From a virus (lineage: Duplodnaviria > Caudoviricetes), in the IMG/VR virus record IMGVR_UViG_3300037307_000387, positions 1 through 57,136 of that record: 57,136 nucleotides of DNA; one strand, 5' to 3'. A program made the position numbers and the translations under genes. Shown piece by piece: positions 1-7,957 of this stretch (positions within the stretch are counted from its first letter, which is position 1; each line of letters begins with the position of its first letter). A model generated the notes under the pieces. That model searched no databases and was not told the DNA's origin. It saw only the letters and a program-made list of their open reading frames with translations.

Positions 1-97
1 GGTCGATCACCCGCTTCGCGACCATCGTCTCGCGCGCGGGCGCTGCGGCGTCGACGTGCTTCGTCTCCTTCGGTGCGGGCTTCTTCTTCTCGGGCAT
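1..97 (-). CDS. 5' part of a gene running off the left edge (MPEKKKPAPKETKHVDAAAPARETMVAKRVID...), possibly the endolysin N-terminus
   Basis: ATG at 97-95 with a GGAGGT RBS upstream; follows terL on the same strand; the right edge of the window begins inside a lysozyme gene. Confidence 0.5.
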   Translation of the reverse strand, partial: MPEKKKPAPKETKHVDAAAPARETMVAKRVID

Positions 98-150
98 CGG
101 CCCACCTCCACTCGTTAACGACGACCTCAGGTACTCTGCCAAGTCGAGGA

Positions 151-1428
151 TCATTGCAGCCTGCCGATGCTGATCCCGAGGTCGCCGAAGCGCGTGGCCC
201 CGCGCAGGGCGAGCCCAAGCGCCATGACGCAGTCGTCGTGCTGCCCCTCGGGGGCGGCGTAGCGGACGTTGCCGCCGGCCGTCGCGGTCATCTCGAAGGC
301 TTCGATCTCGTTGAGGAGGATCGGCTCGTCGGGCAGCGTCAGCAGCGCTTCGTCGCACGCCATAGCGAGAGACTCTACCAGCTGTCGCTTCGAGAGGCCC
401 GTGAAAAGGAACGCCTCCGCGATGTAGACCCCCGCGTACTGAAGCTCCTGCACCATCGGGTCGCCGACGCCCGTCGCGTCGATGACGAGGGCGGGCTTGC
501 CGAGGGCCAGCCACGTCTTCTCGATCCTTCCCCTCTGGAGGGGCCAGTCAATGTCCTTGAACCGCTCGAAGTGGGTGACCCCATACTTTTCGTCCATGCC
601 GATCAGGACGGTCCAGTCGGCGCGGCGGGCGAGGTCGATGCCGAGGGCGACGGTGCGCTCCGTCGAGTAGTGGAGCCCCTTCGCGCGCACGCGCTCCAGC
701 TTGAGCACCGCGCCCTCGTCGGAGAGGAACGCCGCCATGATCTCCTGCTGGTACAGGCGCGACGACATCTCGCTCGCCATGAGGCGAAGCTCGTCAGGGT
801 CGATGAAGGGGTTGCCGAAGGACGAGAGGCCGTGCCCGGCGCGCTCGGAGTAGGAGGTGGTGTCGGTGTTGGCGGGGTCCTGCCCGCGCACGAACATCCG
901 CCAGAACCAGTTGTGCCCCTTCGGGGTGCCGGTGAGGAGGGCGGGCGCGATGTGGTCGGTGAGGGTGGGGCGCAGCGACTCGGACCAGACCCGCTCCTTG
1001 ATCTCGCCGCACTCGTCGATCCAGACGGCCAGCAACCCCTCACCGACGAGCGTGCCGGGGTTCGCCCCCGACTTGAACTCGACCACGATGTTGCCGATGC
1101 GAAGGGCCTCGGGGTGCATGTCGGTCCCGAGCCAGTGGGTGACCCACCCGTCGGGGACGAGCTTCTTGAACTTCCGCCACGCGATACGGGCGATGGCGTA
1201 GGTCGGGTACACGATCCAGATCACGCCGCTCTTCCCCGCGAGGGTGGCCTCCTGCGCCTTGCGGATGACCCACATGACGGAGACTTCGGACTTGCCCCAC
1301 CGCCTCCCCGCCGGCACCACTTGGAAGCGCGACCCGGCGAGGAGGATGCGTTGCTGCTGGTGGTGGACCTGCCACGTCCTGACCGGGAGGCCGTCCTCGC
1401 CGTAGTTACTCGGGGAGGGCGCTTCCAT
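151..1428 (-). CDS. terL: Terminase large subunit
   Basis: AGRRWGKS Walker A, VWIDECG Walker B, LLTGTPKG coupling motif, RNase H-like C-terminal domain (GIDLA..D, IDATGVG, HDDCVMA). Confidence 0.93.
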   Translation of the reverse strand: MEAPSPSNYGEDGLPVRTWQVHHQQQRILLAGSRFQVVPAGRRWGKSEVSVMWVIRKAQEATLAGKSGVIWIVYPTYAIARIAWRKFKKLVPDGWVTHWLGTDMHPEALRIGNIVVEFKSGANPGTLVGEGLLAVWIDECGEIKERVWSESLRPTLTDHIAPALLTGTPKGHNWFWRMFVRGQDPANTDTTSYSERAGHGLSSFGNPFIDPDELRLMASEMSSRLYQQEIMAAFLSDEGAVLKLERVRAKGLHYSTERTVALGIDLARRADWTVLIGMDEKYGVTHFERFKDIDWPLQRGRIEKTWLALGKPALVIDATGVGDPMVQELQYAGVYIAEAFLFTGLSKRQLVESLAMACDEALLTLPDEPILLNEIEAFEMTATAGGNVRYAAPEGQHDDCVMALGLALRGATRFGDLGISIGRLQ

Positions 1429-1822
1429 CGTCCCGCGCTCTCACCGCCACCGCCGGCTCGTTCACCACCACGACCCGCAGCTCCGTCCTCGACTCCCCGT
1501 CGCCCTCCATGCCCGGCAGCCTGATTGGCTGCATCGGTCGGCCCTCGACGCGGTCGGCAATCTCCTTGATGGCGGCGATGCGGGCCTGCGGGGATGCCTT
1601 CTTGTCGTTGGCGATGGAGAGGAGGATGGTCGCGATCCCCTCGGCCCACGTCCGCCCCTCCAGCGGCTCCGACTCCAGCAGCCTCTCAAGCTCGCGGGTA
1701 ATGAGCCCCTTCTTGGGCCTCCCGCGGGGGTTGGAGACAACGCCGGGCTGGAAGCGCGTTGCGACACCCTCAGCGTTCCCCTCCACGAACCGCCCCCGCC
1801 CGTCTCGCCCCTCCTCAGCCAC
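1406..1822 (-). CDS. terS: Terminase small subunit-like protein (DUF5681-type N-terminus)
   Basis: FQPGVVSNPRGRPK motif, AIKEIADRVEGRP, immediately upstream of and overlapping terL. Confidence 0.75.
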   Translation of the reverse strand: MAEEGRDGRGRFVEGNAEGVATRFQPGVVSNPRGRPKKGLITRELERLLESEPLEGRTWAEGIATILLSIANDKKASPQARIAAIKEIADRVEGRPMQPIRLPGMEGDGESRTELRVVVVNEPAVAVRARDDGSALPE

Positions 1823-1825
1823 GGC

Positions 1826-2587
1826 CTATTCTCCGCCACTTTCGAGGCGGGACCACCGCTCTCCTGTCTCTTGCCCCTTGCGCTTGAGCCGCACGAACGT
1901 CCACTCCACCGGGACGCGGTGAACTCGCGCGCCGAGGGCGGGAATCGCAAGCTCCATGGGGAGTTGGCGGGCCGAGTTCGACCACAGCACCACGTCCTTC
2001 ACGCCAAGCTCCTCGACGCAGAAGCGCAGCGCCTGCATCTCCATTGGAAGGTACCGGGCCTCGTGGGTGGAGTGGTTGGCGTCGATCACCATGGTCGGGA
2101 TCGGAGGCTTAAGGATCTTGCGGTAGACGGAGAGGTTCCACGCGAGGATGTTGTTGAAGTTCAGGGCCACCTTGTACCCGGCGTCCTGCTGTTCCTTGAG
2201 GAGGAGGAAGTTGCGGAAGAGGTTCCGCGAGCGTATCTCCTCCGGGTCTTGGTAGAAGACGGAGAAGTCGAACTGCGTGATGCAGCGGAAGCCGATCTCC
2301 CGCCATTCAGCGAGCTTCCGCCTGTACTTTTCCGGCGGCCAGAAGGCCTCAAGGAGGTAGTCCCACTGGTACCCGGCGAGGATGATGCGCTCGATGGGGG
2401 TGACGCGGAGGCAGCGGTTGAGGCGTAGGCCGCGGGACACGGAAAGGCTGTTGTGGATGAGGTAGTCGGGGGGCTTCCCGTCGGGCGACCAGATGAACTT
2501 CGCGTTGGCCGAGGACCCGCCAACCCGCGCCCCGCCCTCCAGATCCAGCCACGGGCCATCCAAGCGGAGGCGGTCGAGGTCGCTCAC
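1826..2587 (-). CDS. DUF4417-like protein (candidate DNA base-modification enzyme)
   Basis: GYQWDYLLEAFW...ITQFDFSVFYQDP...RNLFRN...QQDAGYKVALN resembles the DUF4417 pattern; GTG start overlaps the ParB stop; sits in a ParB-terminase locus. Confidence 0.5.
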   Translation of the reverse strand: MSDLDRLRLDGPWLDLEGGARVGGSSANAKFIWSPDGKPPDYLIHNSLSVSRGLRLNRCLRVTPIERIILAGYQWDYLLEAFWPPEKYRRKLAEWREIGFRCITQFDFSVFYQDPEEIRSRNLFRNFLLLKEQQDAGYKVALNFNNILAWNLSVYRKILKPPIPTMVIDANHSTHEARYLPMEMQALRFCVEELGVKDVVLWSNSARQLPMELAIPALGARVHRVPVEWTFVRLKRKGQETGERWSRLESGGE

Positions 2588-3135
2588 GCTGTTTTCGATT
2601 TTTCGTAGGCCTGCCTGCCGAGCTTCGCGTTGGTCTTGGGGGAGAACTCCAAGCCGCAGCTCGGGCAGGTGACGAGCCTTTGGTTCGCCCCCTCCGCATC
2701 CGTCTGGATGAGGTTGGCGGGGCGGAAGGTCTGGTCTGGCTGCAGGGCGAAGGGTAGCTCCCACGATTCGAACCCCCAGCCGATCAGGTCGTTGAGTTCG
2801 AAGTTCGCCTCGAGCCCCTCGAAGTCCCACTCGCCGGTGTTCTTGTTGGAGCGGATGAGGTACTCGCTCGCCTCGCTGGGTGAAAGGGTGCGGCTGGGGA
2901 CACGGACCTCGATCACCTCCTCCCCGCGCCCGAGCATCGCCATGACCTTGAGGCGCTGGTGTCCGGCGAGGATGGTGTTGTCGGTGTTGATGGCGGGGAT
3001 CTCGGCGAGGTTGAAGCGCTCCAGCGAGTCCTTCAGGGTCTGTGCCTGCGCGTCGGTCAGCTTGCGGGGGTTAAGGGGGTGGGGGACGAGGTCCGAGATC
3101 CTCCGACGCTCTGTGCTCCACGACAGGTCGGTCAT
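2584..3135 (-). CDS. ParB/Srx N-terminal domain protein with C-terminal CPxCG zinc knuckle
   Basis: ISDLVPHPLNPRK, ILAGHQRLK, IRSNKNTGEWD, VTCPSCG. Confidence 0.85.
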   Translation of the reverse strand: MTDLSWSTERRRISDLVPHPLNPRKLTDAQAQTLKDSLERFNLAEIPAINTDNTILAGHQRLKVMAMLGRGEEVIEVRVPSRTLSPSEASEYLIRSNKNTGEWDFEGLEANFELNDLIGWGFESWELPFALQPDQTFRPANLIQTDAEGANQRLVTCPSCGLEFSPKTNAKLGRQAYEKSKTA

Positions 3136-3686
3136 CCGTCAAGCCTCCTGAGCGCCATCAGGATGAGAAGCGACGTGCTCCTGACCCCGTGCTGCTCCTT
3201 CAATTTGTCCACCAGCATGGTGTACTCGGAATGGCCGACCGCGTCGAACGTGAGCGTGACGTGCTTCTCCTCGCTCACGTCCTCCTCGACGGCCTCTGGC
3301 ATCTCTCCCGGCGTGAAGAACTCCCCGACCCGCACCCCCTCATCCGCCAACTCCCGCAGCACCTCCACGTCCCACGAGAGGTCGACCTCGGCGACGCGGT
3401 TGTCCGCGATGGCAAGCTCTCGCGCCTCGCGGTCCTCCATCGAGAGGTCCGTCCTGCGAACGACGACGAGGTCCTTCCCATCCGTGTCAACCACCCGCAT
3501 CCCCAGCCCAAGCTCGACGGCCACGTCGAGTGTCTTGCTTCCGGCGATGACGACCCCGTCGCGGTCTACGGTGATGGAGCGGCCAGCCCCGTAGCTGCGA
3601 AGCGACTGTTCGAGGAGGGCGCGCCCGCGTTCGGTGCCCTTGTTGGCGTTGCGAGGGTCTGGCTGCAGGTCCGAGAGGCTTTTCAC
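3132..3686 (-). CDS. ParB-like protein
   Basis: SDLQPDPRNANKGTERG, GAGRSITVDRDGVVIAG, ELAIADNRVAE; start uncertain (GTG 3686 preferred, 3743 possible). Confidence 0.7.
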   Translation of the reverse strand: MKSLSDLQPDPRNANKGTERGRALLEQSLRSYGAGRSITVDRDGVVIAGSKTLDVAVELGLGMRVVDTDGKDLVVVRRTDLSMEDREARELAIADNRVAEVDLSWDVEVLRELADEGVRVGEFFTPGEMPEAVEEDVSEEKHVTLTFDAVGHSEYTMLVDKLKEQHGVRSTSLLILMALRRLDG

Positions 3687-3693
3687 GCTCAGA

Positions 3694-3702
3694 ATCGTAG
3701 CA
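3694..3702 (-). promoter_or_regulatory. Possible extended -10 (TGcTACGAT) giving a leaderless late transcript
   Basis: TGnTACGAT lies 7 nt upstream of GTG 3686 and there is no SD sequence. Confidence 0.3.
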
Positions 3703-3776
3703 GTACGGTCAAGGCGGTTTTTGCTGTGGCGGGCGCAAGCCATCGCATGCGTAGTCCACCCTCCCTAGACCCCGTA

Positions 3777-3823
3777 CGACCCGCCAGACAACCGTTAACA
3801 GTCTCTAGTGATAGGTCTGGCGG
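3777..3823. repeat. Copy 1 of a conserved intergenic element with a GTTAAC-centred core
   Basis: 3777-3808 matches the reverse complement of 21353-21384 at 28 of 32 nt; CCGCCAGAC/GTCTGGCGG inverted arms at 3781-3789 and 3815-3823. Confidence 0.8.
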
Positions 3824-3900
3824 ATGTGTGGGTCATGCGGTTGGGCGGGGCGCGCCCCGAGGCCAAGGCACGCGGAAGCGCCGGAAGGCCTCCCGGGGGT

Positions 3901-3975
3901 TGTGAAAGGTCATTATTTTATTGGAAGTGCTATACTGGGTCTTTACTTTTCTAAACTGGGGATTAGATTATATAG
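3901..3975 (+). promoter_or_regulatory. AT-rich early promoter region
   Basis: Conspicuously AT-rich island between the divergent arms; extended -10 TGcTATACT at 3928-3936; TTTACT-16-TAGATT at 3942-3969. Confidence 0.6.
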
Positions 3976-4365
3976 CGCCCGATGGACCCAGTAACCACCA
4001 CCGACCGCCGCCACCACCCTCCCGGGCTCCTCAATCCCATCCAGAGGGGGACCGACGGACAGCGCCTCTGGACCGCCGTCGAGGCGGCTTCAACGGCTGG
4101 GACCGGCAGCCTCACCCCGGCGACCAGCTACAAGGCGATCCGCACAGCAGAGCCCCGGCAGCTGCACTGACCGGCCTGCCGCCCCATCGAGTACCCCCGT
4201 GGGCCAGCCACGAACGGGGGCCTGACCGGGACTGAAGACAACGCAGTAGCGGGACCACCACGAGGGCAGCGACCCGACCGAACGATACCCAACCCGAACA
4301 AGCGGACTGATCTCCACCGGGCAGCGACGACCGACAGCCGCTGCGAAGAGTACCGACAAGCGACC

Positions 4366-4426
4366 GAAGGGCGGGTGGCAGACGCCACCCGCCTTCCGAC
4401 TCGTGCCTACGACAACCCGTAGGCAC
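4366..4426 (+). other. Two strong tandem hairpins before the first early gene
   Basis: GAAGGGCGGGTGGC-agac-GCCACCCGCCTTC (4366-4396) and GTGCCTACG-acaacc-CGTAGGCAC (4403-4426), just 5' of an AAGGAGG RBS. Confidence 0.6.
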
Positions 4427-4445
4427 AAGTGGGAAGGAGGAAACA

Positions 4446-4826
4446 ATGCGGTGCGCCGACTGCAACAAATTCACCGGCCTCGAAACGCAGGACCCCGAGA
4501 TCGACATCGACATCGATAACTTCGGATCCATCTCCGGGTCCGTCACCATCCGCCGCGAGTGCTCCGAGTGCGGCAACGTCCTCAAGGAGGGGATCTTCGA
4601 CATCGACCACACCATCAACCCGGCCGACATCCCGGCTGAAGACCACGACCACAGCCACAGCCTCGAGGTGGAGGAGGTCTCGTCCGAGATCACCTCAGCG
4701 TGGGCTGGCTCCAAGAACCTCATCGGCTACAGCCTCCTCTACCGCGTCATCTGCTCCGAGTGCGACGCCTCGGTCGAGGGAACGCTGGAGGACAGCCAGC
4801 CGGCATCGGCCTTCGACGAGGTCTGA
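4446..4826 (+). CDS. Acidic zinc-ribbon protein
   Basis: Strong AAGGAGG RBS; three CxxC pairs. Confidence 0.8.
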   Translation: MRCADCNKFTGLETQDPEIDIDIDNFGSISGSVTIRRECSECGNVLKEGIFDIDHTINPADIPAEDHDHSHSLEVEEVSSEITSAWAGSKNLIGYSLLYRVICSECDASVEGTLEDSQPASAFDEV

Positions 4827-4832
4827 CCCCCC

Positions 4833-5030
4833 GTGCCGAACACGATGACGACGAAGCGCATGAGGCGGCTGGGTAGCACGCTGCCATCGCTCGCCGCAAG
4901 CCTCGCCAATTACGGGGCCTGGGGGCGAGTGCCCAAGCCGACAACCGCCGCCGCCGACCGCGCCCTCTGCACGCAGACGGCACCGCGGCTCGTCCAGCGG
5001 AAGGGCGAGGCGCGGCTCTGGCAGTTCTGA
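4833..5030 (+). CDS. Hypothetical protein
   Basis: ORF fills the gap in the + strand operon; weak RBS. Confidence 0.4.
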   Translation: MPNTMTTKRMRRLGSTLPSLAASLANYGAWGRVPKPTTAAADRALCTQTAPRLVQRKGEARLWQF

Positions 5031-5052
5031 TCCAACCACCACCCGTGGCTCT

Positions 5053-5068
5053 AAGGAGACCTGACATG
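5053..5068 (+). repeat. Start-associated 16-mer AAGGRGRCCTGACATG (copies at 5053, 5596, 6215, 7285, 7945; degenerate copy near 10289)
   Basis: Near-identical RBS-TGA-C-ATG string directly precedes five early genes. Confidence 0.85.
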
Positions 5069-5371
5069 GCAAACGACACCGACAACTGCCTCGACTGCGG
5101 GAAGCTCACCCCGCTGCTCGACCTCGACGACGACCACGGCCGTTGTCCCGACTGCCACGCCAGCGCGAGCCGCGCTCGCGCCGAGTGGGAGGCGGAGAGC
5201 GCGCTCGACGCCATGCGCCTGCTGAGCAACCTGAAGATCAAGCTCGTTGACCTCGCGCTCATCGAAGCCCGCAAGGGGCCGGGCGTGACGAGCATCGAAG
5301 GCTTCTTTGACAGCATGGACGGCTACGCGGCCTGCTCCGGCGCGTACAACTACCTGATGCGGAGGCTGTGA
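5066..5371 (+). CDS. Hypothetical zinc-finger protein
   Basis: Start within the conserved motif; CLDC...CPDC. Confidence 0.75.
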   Translation: MANDTDNCLDCGKLTPLLDLDDDHGRCPDCHASASRARAEWEAESALDAMRLLSNLKIKLVDLALIEARKGPGVTSIEGFFDSMDGYAACSGAYNYLMRRL

Positions 5372-5607
5372 TGGGCGCGACGCCGAAGACGCAGACACGC
5401 TGCCGCCGCTGCCGCCGCTGGATCGACATCCTCGACGACGGCACGCTCCAGCAGCACGGGTCGATCAACCTGTGGGCGCGCAAGCCGGCGTTGGCCTACA
5501 AGGCGTGCAGGGGGTCGGGCACGGTGCAGCGCTGCCCGGCGATCAAGGACAAGACGGCGAACCCCCGCGACTGCGCGTGCGGGGCCTGTGAGCACAAGGA
5601 GGCCTGA
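5371..5607 (+). CDS. Small Cys-rich hypothetical protein
   Basis: Coupled to the upstream stop; CRRC...H...C...CACGAC. Confidence 0.65.
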   Translation: MGATPKTQTRCRRCRRWIDILDDGTLQQHGSINLWARKPALAYKACRGSGTVQRCPAIKDKTANPRDCACGACEHKEA

Positions 5608-5608
5608 C

Positions 5609-5776
5609 ATGTCGAAGAAGAACCACTGCCCGATCTGCGGGAGGCTCGTCCTCGGCCCGCACGAGCCCCACCCGACGGTCAAGATCAAGCACGCGGCGAG
5701 CGGCACGGCCTTCTGGCTGCGCCCGATCCCGCCGAAGCCCGCCGCGCCCCGCCAGCAGCTGAATCTCGGGAAGTAA
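5609..5776 (+). CDS. Small hypothetical protein (CPIC)
   Basis: Start within the conserved motif. Confidence 0.65.
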   Translation: MSKKNHCPICGRLVLGPHEPHPTVKIKHAASGTAFWLRPIPPKPAAPRQQLNLGK

Positions 5777-5785
5777 TTCCGGCAC

Positions 5786-5807
5786 CCCGGGAGAAATATC
5801 TCCCGGG
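5786..5807. promoter_or_regulatory. Intergenic inverted repeat (operator or hairpin)
   Basis: CCCGGGAGA-aata-TCTCCCGGG, perfect 9-bp arms. Confidence 0.45.
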
Positions 5808-5831
5808 AGCGTGCCCAACCATAGCCTCGCC

Positions 5832-6146
5832 ATGGAACACGGAAACACGCGAAGCACCACGCCGAGCGGCCGGCAGACGGAAGAGGAGCGCGACATCTTC
5901 GCTGACCTCGCGCGCGTCGCCCGACGCATCCGCAAGCTGCACCCGCCGACCCCGCCGACGCTGAACGAGGACGGCGTGCTGGTCGCCCAGCCCATCGACC
6001 TCCAGCGCGGCGCGCCGACGCACGACACGCCGTTGTTGTTCGACGTGGCCGAGAAGATCGAGGCCGCCTGCAAGGCCCGCCGCAACCGGGTGCCGTTCGG
6101 CGGCAAGGCCCGACGCGGCGCGCCGTCGCGCGGCATCCGCGCGTAG
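5832..6146 (+). CDS. Hypothetical protein
   Basis: ORF in the early operon with GC3-rich codons; start uncertain (5811 or 5832). Confidence 0.55.
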   Translation: MEHGNTRSTTPSGRQTEEERDIFADLARVARRIRKLHPPTPPTLNEDGVLVAQPIDLQRGAPTHDTPLLFDVAEKIEAACKARRNRVPFGGKARRGAPSRGIRA

Positions 6147-6227
6147 CGGTTGCGGGCCAGCGACGACCAGCGCATCAGGTCGTCGCTGCGCCCGGAGCCA
6201 ACGCGCTCCAACAGAAGGGGACCTGAC

Positions 6228-6539
6228 ATGCTGACCGAAGACGAGAAGCGAGAGGTTCAGACGGCCGAGATCGTCGACGCCGTGCTGGGGGTGATTGACG
6301 TGTCCCTCTCCCCGGAGCAGGAGGAAGAGGCAATGCGGGCCGTCCGCGCGGCGATCACTCACCACCTCGCAGGCGAGAGCCGCTGCGATCGGTGCCGGGA
6401 GTGGGCGCAGCTGGTCGAGAAGACGGTCGACCTCGACCCGGGCGACCCCGAGCGCGGCCCCGCCCCCGACATCGTGACCTATATCGTTTGCCCGCGCTGC
6501 GCGGCGCGGCCGTGGAACGACGAAGAAGAGGAGGAGTAG
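6228..6539 (+). CDS. Hypothetical zinc-finger protein
   Basis: Start within the conserved motif; CDRC...CPRC; acidic tail. Confidence 0.75.
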   Translation: MLTEDEKREVQTAEIVDAVLGVIDVSLSPEQEEEAMRAVRAAITHHLAGESRCDRCREWAQLVEKTVDLDPGDPERGPAPDIVTYIVCPRCAARPWNDEEEEE

Positions 6540-6776
6540 ATGGACGACGGACGCTACGTTCCGACGCCGAGGCGCACGCCGCTCTCGCAGCACCTGCTCA
6601 ACTTCAACGACGCGCTGCGCGAGTTGGAGCAGGTCGCCGACCTCGCGCGGCACGAACTGAGCGAGGGCCGCTGGGACACCGCGATCAAGAACGTCCGCGG
6701 CGAGGTGCAGACGAAGGCGATGCTGGTGCAGGAGATGGCAGGAGCGCTCAACGAAGCGCTGGAGGAGAACCGATGA
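6540..6776 (+). CDS. Small helical hypothetical protein
   Basis: GAGGAG RBS; abuts neighbouring genes. Confidence 0.7.
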   Translation: MDDGRYVPTPRRTPLSQHLLNFNDALRELEQVADLARHELSEGRWDTAIKNVRGEVQTKAMLVQEMAGALNEALEENR

Positions 6777-6976
6777 GCGAGCAGAACTTCTACATCAACG
6801 AGATCGAGGTCGGGGTCGGCGCGCGGATGCTCGACTTCATGGGCAACGAGTGGGTCTTCAGCGGCGTCGCGCAGCCGGCCGGCGGCGGCTCGTCCGGCAA
6901 GGTGCGCGTGACCTCGCTCGACGGCGAGACGACCGCGATCTTCTTCCCGGGCGTCTTCGGCGGGGTGATCCGATGA
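6773..6976 (+). CDS. Hypothetical protein
   Basis: ATGA overlap; GGAGGAG RBS. Confidence 0.7.
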   Translation: MSEQNFYINEIEVGVGARMLDFMGNEWVFSGVAQPAGGGSSGKVRVTSLDGETTAIFFPGVFGGVIR

Positions 6977-7296
6977 GGACGGTGACGATGACCTTCACCC
7001 CGAACGACGGCACGAAGTCCGAGCAAATGCTGGCCGAGGCCGAGATGCACTTCACTTCGCCCGGCTCGCCGATCCACGGCTTCAGGCTCGCCGGCTTCTC
7101 GATCAGGCGCTCGCCCGACGGCAACCGCTACGTCACGTTCCCGGCGCATGCCTTCGGGGTCGGCATCGACCGCCGCTACTTTGACCTCCTCCGCGCCGAC
7201 GCCGAGGGCGCGGAGTACGGCGCGCGCACGCGCCGGCTGAAGACGTGGATCCTCGACGAGTACGCGCTCTGGCTCGACGCCAGCAAGGAGGCCTGA
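6973..7296 (+). CDS. SpoVG-like nucleic-acid-binding protein
   Basis: LAEAEMHF...GFRLAGFSIRRSPDGNRYVTFPA...YFDLL...WILDEY follows the SpoVG pattern. Confidence 0.6.
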   Translation: MRTVTMTFTPNDGTKSEQMLAEAEMHFTSPGSPIHGFRLAGFSIRRSPDGNRYVTFPAHAFGVGIDRRYFDLLRADAEGAEYGARTRRLKTWILDEYALWLDASKEA

Positions 7297-7297
7297 C

Positions 7298-7792
7298 ATG
7301 ACGAATAGCGAGTTCGAACCGAACTACCAGCAGATGCTTCAGGTCGCGGATGGGCTGCAAAAGCCGTTCATCCACATCCTGAAGCAGGGCCGGATCATGC
7401 CCCCCGAGGCATTGGGCGGGCTCGCGCTGCACCTGATCATCAACGCCCGCATCGCCAAGCTGCCGACCCACCTCGTGCACAAGCTCATCGACATCCTCGA
7501 CGTCAAGGTGCAGGTGTTGACGCCCGAGGGAGGCAACGACCTCGACATCATGCTGCCCCCCGAGGCGCGCGCGGCCGCGAAGCGCGTCGAGGCGGCGGTG
7601 GCGAGCGGGGACGTGGAGGACATGCAGAAGGCGCTACAGGCGCTCGCCGACTTGATGGGCAGCGCGGCGGTGCTCAGGAAGCAGGAGATGGACAAGGTCG
7701 ACGCGAAGGTGCGCGAGGCGACGGAGCGGGTCATCGCGAAGGTGGCCGAGACGATCACCCCGATCACAGATGACGGCAAGGGTGAGTCGTGA
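7298..7792 (+). CDS. Hypothetical protein
   Basis: Start within the conserved motif; 164 aa, helical. Confidence 0.75.
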   Translation: MTNSEFEPNYQQMLQVADGLQKPFIHILKQGRIMPPEALGGLALHLIINARIAKLPTHLVHKLIDILDVKVQVLTPEGGNDLDIMLPPEARAAAKRVEAAVASGDVEDMQKALQALADLMGSAAVLRKQEMDKVDAKVREATERVIAKVAETITPITDDGKGES

Positions 7793-7956
7793 TGTCGCCG
7801 CCGAGAAAGGACAAGCTCCGCGACGCGCTCGACGCCAACAGCCTCCGTGACGTGATGCTCAACCTCGGCGGAAGCGCACTGCTCAGGCGGGTCAAGCGCC
7901 GAAGGCTGGCCGCCGCGAGGGCAGAAAAGGCCAAGGGCAAAGAGAAGGAGACCTGA
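7792..7956 (+). CDS. Small basic protein (MSPPRKDKLRDALDANSLRDVMLNLGG...)
   Basis: TGATG coupling; its stop lies inside the next start-associated motif; below the ORF-track size cutoff. Confidence 0.55.
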   Translation: MSPPRKDKLRDALDANSLRDVMLNLGGSALLRRVKRRRLAAARAEKAKGKEKET

Positions 7957-7957
7957 C

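Noticed and set aside
73-1524. Long antisense or alternate-frame ORFs (e.g. 73..1524+, 8089..9444+, 28350..30506+, 39670..41451+)
   Set aside because: Arg/Pro/Ala-rich shadow frames typical of high-GC DNA, overlapping well-supported genes
4366-4396. Similarity of this hairpin stem to the one at 54616-54646
   Set aside because: Short GC-rich stems with different loops; chance resemblance is likely
5750-5776. C-terminal QQLNLG as a beta-clamp binding motif
   Set aside because: Only a partial match to QLxLF; too short to support
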